64,000 nucleotides of DNA, from NCBI GenBank assembly GCA_963797095.1, contig CAWCNY010000003.1, positions 544,001 to 608,000 on the forward strand, in the 5' to 3' direction. Every line of letters starts with the position of its first letter. Position 1 is the first letter of the stretch. The stretch is from an uncultured Chloroflexia bacterium. Its GTDB lineage: Bacteria; Chloroflexota; Chloroflexia; QHBQ01; JADMIH01. Below, in pieces: positions 54,413 through 64,000 of this stretch. The notes under the pieces are model-generated. The model saw only the letters and a program-made list of their open reading frames with translations. It ran no database searches and was not told where the DNA came from. The position numbers were made by a program, and so were the translations under genes.

Positions 54413-57256
54413 CTATGGAGAAGGAAGAATTAGAGCATTACCAACGATCTTTGCCACTTGAGCCCGCGTGGCGTTATTGCCTGGCATAAAGTATGGAAGG
54501 TTATCTGGTGTCGTGCATGGTAGATCGGCCCCACAATCGTAACCAGACATTATATCTCTGTTTGCCAATCGTTGGACCCAAATGTAGAAAGTGCTTCCTG
54601 GTGGTACATCCGCGAATAATTGATTATTAGGAGAATCATTGAAACCAGAGGCATTGGACACTATCTTCGCTACCTGAGCGCGTGATGTCGGAGCGCCAGG
54701 GCGGAAATAGGGCATGTTGCTGGACAAGCAGGGCTCATCTGGAGAACCTCCGCAATCATAACCACCAACTATGCCTCTCCTGCTCAATCTGTTGATCCAC
54801 ACGAAGAAAGGACTATTGGCAGGTACATCTTGATAGATTTGCCCACCAGGGTCGTCATCGAATCCGGCGGAATTAGACACTATCTTCGCTACCTGACCAC
54901 GACTAACATTGTGGTTAGGATGGAATGTACCATCAGGATACCCATTTACGATATCGTGGCACGCCATATAAGTGACGTAGTTCCAAGCCCAGTGGTCACG
55001 CGGCACATCGATAAAGCTCTCGCTGCATAGACTGGGCCAGGGGGTATTAGTGGGATGCGCCCCGAATGTGGGCTGTGCAGGAGCCGTGGAGGTAGGAGTA
55101 GGGCTAGGAGCGACGCCCGTTGCAGTGGACGTCGGCGGCATTGGGTGTGTTGGGGTAGCCGGCACATGTGAGGTCGCTGTAGGCGGTACGGGAGATGTCG
55201 GAGTGGGTGTTCCACCGCCTCCTGCTCCGTGATAGTCGGGTATAGCATTCTTGTTGAAGTTCGTTATGTAGTAGCTAGGATCTATTTGTGTAAACTGCGT
55301 CCTACTGTCCTCTCTCACCGCATAAACGCCGATATAGGCTGGCATTTCCGCACCATCTATGCGGATGATACCCTCTGCATTGTCATCAATGCCGCTGAAG
55401 TTGACAGACATAGTAAGCGCCTGTAGCCCACCACCTTCAGCCGGAGATTGGAGCAAACCGAAACCAGGCGTTATAGAAAGCCACTCCCCACCAGATACCA
55501 CTGTCGCAGAGAAGGGAATTGTGCCTACTATGCCCTGGCTATAGACATAGGTAGTCAGAGTATGGACAATAGGATCGCCTGGCACATGCTCTACCCGGAA
55601 ATTTCCATTCGTCAGTGCCATCAGCGGGTGCGGAACAAACTGGGTCGGCTCCGTCAGCACATGAGGCTGGTTGAACACTACTTCTAATTCTACCTGAGCC
55701 AACCCATAGGATGCGCCCGGTGCATTTATCGTCAGAGTATTGGTGCCATTCACAAGCCATGTAGGGTTCAGCGACCATGCGTTAATCTGCTCGAAGTCGC
55801 CACCCTCGTAATTCGTAATACTCACCTGTTGGCTATGGCCGTTGAGAATTGCAGTAAACGATGATGGATCCTTACCATTCACCAGTAAGCGCACAGAACG
55901 AGCACTGGCGGCCTCCGAACCAAGTGCAAACGTAAAAGAGTTGGATGTACGATGATCATCCACAAAAGCCGAGCAGCCCACAATCACATTATGCCCATCA
56001 TCCGCGCTCCCATCGCAGCCAGGCTGTATGAAAGTCTTCATCAGCGGGCTGTACGTACCCTCAGGTCCATCAAACTGAAGAGTCTCCCAGTGGTTCAACT
56101 GCAAGATCATCGACGGCTGCCGCTCATAGTCGACCTTGCCCGCTCCATAGTTCTTCTGCCCAAGGATCACCCATCCCTTCTCGAAGGGCAGAGTAAAACC
56201 CGAAGCCTGAACTACTCTAACTCCGTTTATCCACATCTCAGCTGTGGTGCGGCTGATCTTCAGCACAACAGGTAAACGCACATTGGATGGCGATAAAACT
56301 CCCTCTGACGCTACAAATCTCTGTATTGAGCCATTGACGTTAACCGCTATAAAAGGCAGGTTGAAGCCGGGGGTATAGTTGGGCCGATCAGCATTCTCAT
56401 AAACACCGAATTCAACTGAATTGGGAAATTGGTCACCGGTTGAATCTCCAAAGCTTGAGGGAAGAGAAGGCTCATTTTGGGTGACGTGCACCGACCACCA
56501 CTTACCATGTGAAGTCATGACAGGAGGATCGTCCACTTCGAACTGGATAGTACCTGTGCGCCCTGTAAAGTCCAGTTGAGTGCGGGGTCGTATATCGACG
56601 CCGCTGACGTTACCGGCGCATACCATCTGTGTATGCCAGTGACCTTCCATCAGGAAAGCAGCGCGGTTTTCTGTCAGGTCTTCCTCAGGTCCACAACCTT
56701 CCGTACGAATATCGTAGTAGTTGTAGTCGAAATCGCCATGGTGAAGGCTGTTGAAATCATCATAAAAGGCTGCATTTCGCATGGGCGACTGCGGGTCTGT
56801 CGCGGCAGTAGCCGTGGCTACTGAAGTAAGCACTCCTGTTACGCCCATATCATATACCGTAACATTATAAGTTCGACCAGGTATGAGACCGTTCGCCTGT
56901 GCAACCCCCAGTGTGCGTCCGATTACCTTGGCCTGTTGAACAGTACCTTGATCTCGCACCACCATTAGCTGGTACTGTGCACTTGGGTCAGTCGTAGGGG
57001 TCCAGTTGACATGCAAAGTGGAATCCAGAGACACAACCTGTGCTACTTGAATATTGCTTTGAGCATACCCATTGGTAGGTGAAGCCTTCGTAAGTGAGGG
57101 CTGCACAAAACTAAGAACACCCGAAAGCAACAACAAGGGTACCACAAGTATTAATACGACTCGAAGCTCACGAGATCTGAACTTTGAATCAGAATGCTGC
57201 TTCAATGTTGGTAGCGCCTTCGAAGCGCCATCGTAGCGACTAATCACTTCCATCAT
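54413..57256 (-). CDS. Secreted S-layer homology (SLH) domain protein with FN3-like and beta-rich domains
   Basis: Signal/TM segment, GL.PGRTY.V.V, P/T linker, three SLH repeats (F.DVP, GY, SRGQ/SRAQ/TRAQ). Confidence 0.85.
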   Translation of the reverse strand: MMEVISRYDGASKALPTLKQHSDSKFRSRELRVVLILVVPLLLLSGVLSFVQPSLTKASPTNGYAQSNIQVAQVVSLDSTLHVNWTPTTDPSAQYQLMVVRDQGTVQQAKVIGRTLGVAQANGLIPGRTYNVTVYDMGVTGVLTSVATATAATDPQSPMRNAAFYDDFNSLHHGDFDYNYYDIRTEGCGPEEDLTENRAAFLMEGHWHTQMVCAGNVSGVDIRPRTQLDFTGRTGTIQFEVDDPPVMTSHGKWWSVHVTQNEPSLPSSFGDSTGDQFPNSVEFGVYENADRPNYTPGFNLPFIAVNVNGSIQRFVASEGVLSPSNVRLPVVLKISRTTAEMWINGVRVVQASGFTLPFEKGWVILGQKNYGAGKVDYERQPSMILQLNHWETLQFDGPEGTYSPLMKTFIQPGCDGSADDGHNVIVGCSAFVDDHRTSNSFTFALGSEAASARSVRLLVNGKDPSSFTAILNGHSQQVSITNYEGGDFEQINAWSLNPTWLVNGTNTLTINAPGASYGLAQVELEVVFNQPHVLTEPTQFVPHPLMALTNGNFRVEHVPGDPIVHTLTTYVYSQGIVGTIPFSATVVSGGEWLSITPGFGLLQSPAEGGGLQALTMSVNFSGIDDNAEGIIRIDGAEMPAYIGVYAVREDSRTQFTQIDPSYYITNFNKNAIPDYHGAGGGGTPTPTSPVPPTATSHVPATPTHPMPPTSTATGVAPSPTPTSTAPAQPTFGAHPTNTPWPSLCSESFIDVPRDHWAWNYVTYMACHDIVNGYPDGTFHPNHNVSRGQVAKIVSNSAGFDDDPGGQIYQDVPANSPFFVWINRLSRRGIVGGYDCGGSPDEPCLSSNMPYFRPGAPTSRAQVAKIVSNASGFNDSPNNQLFADVPPGSTFYIWVQRLANRDIMSGYDCGADLPCTTPDNLPYFMPGNNATRAQVAKIVGNALILPSP

Positions 57257-57269
57257 TATCTCCTAATTA

Positions 57270-58468
57270 ATGCATAATCAAGCAGTCTTTTGTTCAATAT
57301 GATCAAGATGTTCACAACCAAAGTAACCACAAACTCGCCCAGCCACTTCGTGGGCAGCCAGGGTGCGGGTCGGTTCGACTATCGCTCGCTTTCCATGGAC
57401 CCATCTCGGCTCTATCGGGTTGAGCCAGGGACTCTTGGACGGCAGCCAGCAGGGAATTATCTGCACACCTCTCTCTCCTCCACCTCCTCGCCGCCCTGCC
57501 AGCACCCCACGGTTGTGCTCCCCCAGCCATTCCCTCACTTCTCTGCTTACATGCCAACTCGCGTTATCCCATACCATCACCAACACCCGCTTCCCTTCAG
57601 CACTCAATACCTCGCACACCCACTCCAGATAAGTGATGGTAACAGAGCTTACTGGACGCCCATCAACGAAGCGCAGCATGACTTTATGCGTGTCGTCTCG
57701 CAAAAGGCCATAGCAACACAACGCCTTGGGGTCTTTGTCTTGCTTGCTCAGGCTCTTCTCCACCAACCGCAATGGCGCCTTCTCCTCACTCCAACTGTGC
57801 ATCGCCGGTTGGGAGAGACGGCTCCACCATACCTCATCCTGAAAGCCCACCACCCAACCCTCCTGCGCACGCTCAATTGCTCTCTCAATCAGGGTGTCGC
57901 GTCGTATTTTTTCCTGACATACTCCGGATCAGGGGAGGTAATCCAATTCTTGGCTCGCCGCCAGCCCACTCCCAGCCGCCGCAGGGCCATTCGCACCGTC
58001 TCATCGCTCACCAATCGTTCAGTCAATCCGCTCTGCAAGCAGACGTCTGCGGCAATCTCCAATGTCCACACTGAGGTCTCCTTGCCAAAATCACGCGGAC
58101 TTGTGTGCAACAGCGCCTTCAACTCTTCGCACTTATGCTCATCAAAGATAGGGTGTGTCTGAATGGGACCCATTGGCTTTGGTCGTAGGCAAGCTTCTCC
58201 CTGGGCATGGTATGCTCTTATGGTGTTACGCACTGTTTGCACAGCACACCCCAGGTTGTGGGCAATGAGTGATGGCCGTTCTCCTCGGGAGGAGGCGAGC
58301 AGTATCTGGCTACGCCGTAAGGTAAAAGCATCTGAACAACGTAGTCCCCTCTCCAGGGCTGCTCGTTCTTCGTCGGTTAGTTCCCCAACAAACATAGGTG
58401 GTCTTCTCATACCCACCATTATCTCATATTCATTCATGCTTTGTACAATATACTTCTTGGAATGGCAT
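57270..58468 (-). mobile_element. IS630-family element
   Basis: TA flanks 57268-57269 and 58469-58470; imperfect IRs ATGCATAATCAAG / CTTGGAATGGCAT. Confidence 0.85.
57278..58437 (-). CDS. IS630 transposase in two frames (A6 slip site 57907-57912)
   Basis: HTH ORF 57889-58437; DDE ORF with FQDE, WDNASWH, SPWLNPIE. Confidence 0.88.
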
Positions 58469-58781
58469 TAACCACTACCTTACAACCATACCACTTTGCA
58501 ATCATTCGACAGATAGTAGATCGAGGCCGAACGCGGACAAGAAGCCATTCATGCTCTTGCTTTCGTACTTCCCTTGTACGACTACGGCGTGTTAGCTGTC
58601 TTCAGATATTCTCGTGCGTCTGCTTCAGTGGGGGAACGAAAACAGGAAGTATGACCATTTTGGCTGGGGCCTGCTAATATGGGGGGAGAAGTCAATGGGC
58701 CCGATGAGGTCGTGGCGGAAATTTCCCGCAAAGTACCTGCAGCGCAATCGCCCTTATTCTACACTTGTTGATCAACCCGGA

Positions 58782-58844
58782 CAATAGGATATAGGGCCCA
58801 CCTGTCAGTAGGAGATAGGGTGTAGCGATCAGTAGGAGTACCAG
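58782..58844. promoter_or_regulatory. Three direct repeats CARTAGGAK(ATAGGG) at 24-bp period
   Basis: Copies start at 58782, 58806, 58830. Confidence 0.5.
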
Positions 58845-58890
58845 ATCTAGGCGTGGATCAATGGGTCGCTTTGGTCGCAAAGATGGGGTC

Positions 58891-59021
58891 TACGTGCCAA
58901 AGCGTATGCAAAATACGCATCGAAGCGTAGGTAAGATACGCAGGAAATCGTATAGGCCCCACGCATTACAGCGTATACTCTATACGCGTCAAAACGTAAA
59001 CCGATTACGCGAGTATACGTA
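58891..59021. promoter_or_regulatory. Array of palindromes NCGTA-N7-TACGC at exact 23-bp period
   Basis: Full sites at 58902, 58925, 58948, 58971, 58994; in-phase half-sites at 58891 and 59017. Confidence 0.65.
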
Positions 59022-59480
59022 TTTTTCTGAGATTTTACGCGTAACCGGAGTTGCATGCCAGGTCCTGCGCTCATTTGGCGGGCTTAACTTCTAGTACAAT
59101 CGGACGGGTACCAAGGACTGCTTAAGTCCAGGACCAATAGACTAGGCATAACTATTGATCAGCCTTTAGCCGGGTTCCTATAATGGGGCGACAGATAGAA
59201 GTGCTATTCAGTTACAGGACTAAGTGTCTGAGAAGTGCTAAGCCGACTTGTACTTGATCAATTTAGCTCCCAGTTACAGTTTCACGCTTATTTGCCATCT
59301 CATTGCCTGAGAAGCTCACATCTCAGGCTGCATTTTCGTCCCACCTGCAAGTTCAAGCTCAACGTTCATCTGGGAGCAAATACAGCGGCGCGCCGAGCCG
59401 CTAGAAAACGGTGCGCCCATCTCGCACCATGAACCAACGCTCCGAGAGGCGAAAAAGGGGAGCATAGGAGAGGTTACAAC

Positions 59481-62400
59481 ATGTTTGATCATATTCATCC
59501 ATTTCCAACGCCAGTAAGGAAGACAAGCCTGCTGACCATCGGGTTGCTAGGTGCTACACTTTTGCTCACCACTGTTAGGTCAGGAACCATCAGTGCCAAT
59601 GCAGGCATTGAAGGTAGTACATCCTCTAAACTAGTGGTACCTGACGTGCTACCTCCCATACCGACGGGTATGCCTGGTGACTTCAACTTCGGCCTATTCA
59701 ATGCCTCGATTAACACGGTTCCCGCTTCTATCCCCTGGGATTTCAGATACCAGTACCTCTCAGGAGGTGTAAATACCGGAGACGGTTGGGCTACCTGGAA
59801 CGCAAACGGCGGTTATGCCACCAACTATATCAATGATGCCCAAAGCAGAGGCATGATCCCCGCCTTCCAGTATTACCAGATACTTCAGTCTGAGCCCTAC
59901 TACGACGAATACCAGAATATGCAGAACGCCGGCACTATGTACGACTACTTCACCGACTGGGCGCTGCTCATGACTAAGTGCGAACAGGCAGGAGGCACTG
60001 TCGTGGTCATGCTGGAAGCGGACCTAACGGGCGTCATGCAACAACTATCTACAGGTGATGACGCTAGCACGGTATCTGCTTCGGTGGCCTCCTCCGGGTA
60101 CCCCCAGGCCTCAGGTTATCCCAACAACTTCAAAGGTATGTACCAGGCGATGTTGCACATAAGGGATATTACCGCTCCAAGTGTGCTCGTTGCCCTGGAT
60201 GTAAGCGCCTGGGGTGCTGGTGACGACGTAGTATTGGCTCTACGCGACGATCCAAGCTACAACTGGCAGGCGCACGCAGATCACACGGCAGCCTTCCTCA
60301 ATAGTATAGGTCCAGGTTTTGACCTGCTCTCCTGGAACCCTGCCGATCGAGACGCAGCGTGGTATCAAAACACGCAGGGAAGCAATCGCTGGTGGGATAC
60401 CAACAACATAACACAACCCACCTTCAATACTATGGGAGCTTGGATTGGAAGGATAGTCCAGGAAACAAACAAGAGAGTAATCCTATGGCAGGTGCCCAAT
60501 GGCAATCGAGTGTACCGAAGCGAGAACAATACCGATGGGCACTGGCAGGACAACCGTACAGAGTACTTCCTAAATCCCACCAATGGCAGGCAACATATAC
60601 AGGATTGGGCCAACCTGGGTGTTCTCGGTATATGGTGGGGCGCAGGTGTTGGTTCGCAAAGTCATTACTTCGACTATAAAGGAGATGGGATCACTAACCC
60701 ACCACCGATCAACGGCAACAACGAAACGGCTCTTTATGCCGACGATGATGGCGGATATATCCGCGTAAACAGCGACGCCTACTACTCTGGCGGCACAATT
60801 CCACTACCTGGAGGTAGCGGAGCCACTGCGACCAGTACATCCACAAGTTCAGCGCCTACAGCCACACGTACGCCTACAGGCCCTGTACCCACAGCTACCC
60901 AAACAGCCACAGGTACCTTGCCAACGGCCACGCGTACCAGGACACCTACCAGGACAGCTACCAATGCAGCGCCAACGGCTACACACACTAATACTGTGGT
61001 ACCAGCTACGCCTCCGCCATCAGGCCCATTGCCCTGGCTAAAAACACAAGGTGGACGTATAGTCCGCGCCGACACCAACCAACCGGTCGAACTACGGGGC
61101 GTAAACTTGCTCCGCAATGAATGGGCATATCCAAGCATGGACTTCGAGAGGGAAGCCATTCCGCAGCTTGCTTATGTATGGCATGCCAACTTCATCCTCC
61201 ATGATTTCGCCTCTAATCCTGTGGTAGATGGTGACTCCACATATCTGGCCGTCCTTGACGAATACCAGAGGTTGGCCGAGCAGAACGGAATGTACATCAT
61301 ATTCTGCTATTACTACCCAACTATCAATGGCGACCAGCCTCCCAACCCGGATGTTGATCCACACTCTCAGCAGGCTTTAGTGGACCTCGTGCAACGCTAT
61401 AAGGATAAGTCAAACGTGATGTTCATGTTGCAGGCAGAACCTCATAGCGACACCTGGAACGGCACTTACTACCATGTGACCTGGAATACCTTGCGTCCAA
61501 CCTATGACAATATGATCACGGCGATGCGTGCTGTAGACAATCCATCACCGGAGAAACACCTTATTCTGGCCTCGGGCGATGGATACGGCAGAGATATCAG
61601 CCCGGTCGTGGTAGATGAGTATGGCGTAGGCTATGTGGACCCAATAACAGCGGACGGCGGTCAAAACATTGTCTATTCGTCGCACCCCTACGACCCACCC
61701 TCAGAGTGGAGTTACTTCCTGCCGGTGGCGGATGCAGGCTATCCCGTCCTGGTGACCGAGTTCGGCACCGGCGGGCAAATGAGCCAATCAGACACCGAAA
61801 CCCTCATGAATACTCTCAACAGCGGCAACCGCCACATAGGATGGACCGCCTGGATATTTGACAGCGAGGGGTGCCCATGCCTACTCACCGGCGACAGGAC
61901 CGACTTCATACCGAGCGATCCTTATGGCGTCTCAGTAAGGGACCGCATCATTTCTGAGGCTACCCGCTTCGGTGGAGGTGGAGGTGGTGGCGGCTCACCT
62001 ACCATTACCCCTACCAATACTCCGACCCGCACCAATACACCCACAGGCACATGGTTCGCTCCCACCAGCACCAGAACACCAACCGGTACATGGGTGCCTC
62101 CTACCAACACCCCCACAACTTGTACGATCTCGTTTACCGATGTGCACACTACTGACTACTTCTACAACCCGGTGCAGTATCTCTTCTGCAACAATATTGT
62201 CTCCGGCTACGCGGATAACACGTTCAGGCCTTACAACACCACCAGCCGCGCTCAGTTGACCAAAATGATAGCTCTGGCCGAAGACTGGGGGCTGTCCAAT
62301 CCTTCAAACAACACCTTCAAGGATGTCCAGCAAGGCTCGACCTTTTACCGGTATGTTGAGACAGCAGCCCAACACTCGCTGATCTCAGGCTACTCATGCG

Positions 62401-62732
62401 GCGGGTCAGGCGAGCCGTGCGATGGGCAGAGCCGGCCTTATTTCAGGCCCAACAACGACGTTAGCAGAGCGCAAGTAGCAAAGATCATCGTACTCGCCGA
62501 AAACTGGTTGATGCTCAACCCTGTTGACAATACCTTTATGGACATCGTTCCAAACTCAACTTACTACCGGTATGTTGAGACAGCAGCCCAACACTCGCTG
62601 ATCTCGGGCTACCCATGCGGCGGGTCGGGCGAGCCGTGCGACGGGCAAAACCGGCCTTACTTCAGGCCCAACAACTCGGCAACACGCGGCCAGGTCGCCA
62701 AAATGGTCTACTGGGCAATCACTGGCCCCTGA
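59481..62732 (+). CDS. Secreted multidomain glycoside hydrolase: unassigned N-terminal domain + GH5-like domain + three SLH repeats
   Basis: Signal peptide; LRGVN, QAEPH, SHPY, VTEFG, GWTAW; SLH repeats. Confidence 0.8.
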   Translation: MFDHIHPFPTPVRKTSLLTIGLLGATLLLTTVRSGTISANAGIEGSTSSKLVVPDVLPPIPTGMPGDFNFGLFNASINTVPASIPWDFRYQYLSGGVNTGDGWATWNANGGYATNYINDAQSRGMIPAFQYYQILQSEPYYDEYQNMQNAGTMYDYFTDWALLMTKCEQAGGTVVVMLEADLTGVMQQLSTGDDASTVSASVASSGYPQASGYPNNFKGMYQAMLHIRDITAPSVLVALDVSAWGAGDDVVLALRDDPSYNWQAHADHTAAFLNSIGPGFDLLSWNPADRDAAWYQNTQGSNRWWDTNNITQPTFNTMGAWIGRIVQETNKRVILWQVPNGNRVYRSENNTDGHWQDNRTEYFLNPTNGRQHIQDWANLGVLGIWWGAGVGSQSHYFDYKGDGITNPPPINGNNETALYADDDGGYIRVNSDAYYSGGTIPLPGGSGATATSTSTSSAPTATRTPTGPVPTATQTATGTLPTATRTRTPTRTATNAAPTATHTNTVVPATPPPSGPLPWLKTQGGRIVRADTNQPVELRGVNLLRNEWAYPSMDFEREAIPQLAYVWHANFILHDFASNPVVDGDSTYLAVLDEYQRLAEQNGMYIIFCYYYPTINGDQPPNPDVDPHSQQALVDLVQRYKDKSNVMFMLQAEPHSDTWNGTYYHVTWNTLRPTYDNMITAMRAVDNPSPEKHLILASGDGYGRDISPVVVDEYGVGYVDPITADGGQNIVYSSHPYDPPSEWSYFLPVADAGYPVLVTEFGTGGQMSQSDTETLMNTLNSGNRHIGWTAWIFDSEGCPCLLTGDRTDFIPSDPYGVSVRDRIISEATRFGGGGGGGGSPTITPTNTPTRTNTPTGTWFAPTSTRTPTGTWVPPTNTPTTCTISFTDVHTTDYFYNPVQYLFCNNIVSGYADNTFRPYNTTSRAQLTKMIALAEDWGLSNPSNNTFKDVQQGSTFYRYVETAAQHSLISGYSCGGSGEPCDGQSRPYFRPNNDVSRAQVAKIIVLAENWLMLNPVDNTFMDIVPNSTYYRYVETAAQHSLISGYPCGGSGEPCDGQNRPYFRPNNSATRGQVAKMVYWAITGP
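62346..62675. repeat. Near-identical ~110-bp direct repeat in SLH2/SLH3 (from 62346 and 62565)
   Basis: Direct comparison; about 7 transitions. Confidence 0.85.
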
Positions 62733-62773
62733 TCGCCTCAACGACACTTTCTTGAATTATTCAGATGAATAGC

Positions 62774-62802
62774 AAGTGGGGTGGCCACATGCCACCCCAC
62801 TT
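62774..62802. terminator. Intrinsic terminator hairpin
   Basis: AAGTGGGGTGGC-CACAT-GCCACCCCACTT then pyrimidine run; between convergent genes. Confidence 0.75.
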
Positions 62803-62856
62803 CTCTTTCGTCTTATTTCTTACTGAATTGTAACAAGGAACCTTGCACCGGCCATC

Positions 62857-63587
62857 TTATGGCCCAAAAGTCCGCCACCTGGCTACGCTACGCGAATGCT
62901 CTTCCCCTCTTGAGTTGAACCGGTATCCCAGGCCCCAGACAGTACTGATCAAAGTCGGATTGGACGAGTCGCTTTCTATCTTGCGCCGCAACCTCGGATG
63001 TAAACATCAACCTGCCCGTTCTCTCTTCCCTCGATGTCGCCCCACGCATGGGCGATCAATACCTCGCGCGTCAGGATCTTATTAGCGTTACGCATCAGGC
63101 AATAAAGAAGTTGGCTTTCGGTAGGGGTAAGGTCGGTCTTCTTACCATCGGGCAGTGTAACTGCATGCCTCATAGGGTCAAGCTGCACGCCTCCCACATT
63201 GAGCAAACGCCCTTCCGAGGTGGGCTGTGCTTGCGAGCGGCGGGCAAGGGCCTTGACGCGAGCGATCAGCTCCGAAGGCTCGCAAGGCTTCGGCATATAG
63301 TCGTCCGCTCCATCGAGCAGCCCACGCACCCTATCTTCCGTGGCTCCTCGCGCCGACAGCATTATGATCGGCACGCAATTCGTTTCCCGTATCTGACGGC
63401 AAATCTCAAATCCCTGCATGTCGGGGAGCATGACGTCCAAAATCACCATGTCCATCCACTGTTGTTTGAGGTATCTGAGCGCCTCAGCACCAGTAGAGGC
63501 CGTGACCACTTCATAGCCCTCATCCTTGAGCAAGAAGTCGAGCATTTTGACATGAGTCGGATCGTCATCTATGACGAGTATTTTCAT
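62857..63587 (-). CDS. OmpR/PhoB-family response regulator (one-base frameshift ~62995)
   Basis: ILVIDDD, LDVMLP, GADDY.KP, LTPTE; RLRRKIE..TVWGLGYRF continues in another frame to stop at 62857. Confidence 0.9.
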
Positions 63588-64000
63588 CTTATGATCCCTC
63601 TCACTTTACTCTCCCTATTTTCTTTGATTCGTTTCGGTCTATTTTTCTCTAAGTCGCAACTTGATATCAATATAGGTAGATAGCGTACTATTATCGCCGA
63701 TAGCAGAAACCGGATCGGGGTCTACCAACTCCACATAAGGTATGAGTACACACCCCCACGATAGAGCCGCAGACGCTGAAATTGTAACACATATCTCTTA
63801 ACGAGAAATTAACAGAATGTAAGCAAGGCGCGATGTCAAAAAATGAACAGACCAGCCTGCCTGGAATGTGTATCCCGCTCTGGTGGAACAGAAGGTCACC
63901 GCGATCCCCATCCCAATGATCGTGCCGGAATAGATCTCAAATCCGTCAGTACTGTAAGCATTGGCCGTGTCCTGGCCCTACACCTTTCAGCGCGCATTAA

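Noticed and set aside
58891-59021. Possible mini-CRISPR array
   Set aside because: Variable parts are only 6-7 nt and no cas genes are present; fits an operator array better
62346-62675. Template/variable repeat pair of a diversity-generating retroelement
   Set aside because: Differences include T/C and G/A in both directions, not adenine-specific; both RTs have group II intron domains V/VI

Overview
Bacterial window, most likely Chloroflexota (inferred from the Cys-inserted SLH domains and Thr/Pro-rich linkers). It holds a large surface/exopolysaccharide locus: Wzz-like co-polymerase, CpsD/CapB kinase, Wzy-like polymerase, Wzx flippase, priming sugar transferase, WecB/TagA, GT2/GT4 enzymes, three LbH acyltransferases, two CelD/BcsL GNATs, CE4 deacetylases, GH44/GH5 hydrolases and SLH proteins. 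The gap between two convergent operons is filled by an 18.5-kb nest of ten mobile elements (15364-33904), which can be reconstructed almost base by base from terminal repeats and target-site duplications (TSDs): IS3/IS407 > IS21 shell > [IS701 > cargo-bearing IS21] + IS3 + [IS1182 > (group II intron > IS4 + second group II intron inserted right after the host FADD motif) + ISAzo13], plus a truncated ISNCY-like element. IS256 and IS630 copies sit in regulatory regions further on. Other highlights are a frameshift-split ~1,890-aa secreted repeat protein ending in a polysaccharide deacetylase, a 23-bp-phased palindrome array in a divergent promoter, long hairpins, and short tandem-repeat expansions in most mobile elements. 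Several host-gene frameshifts look like sequencing indels.
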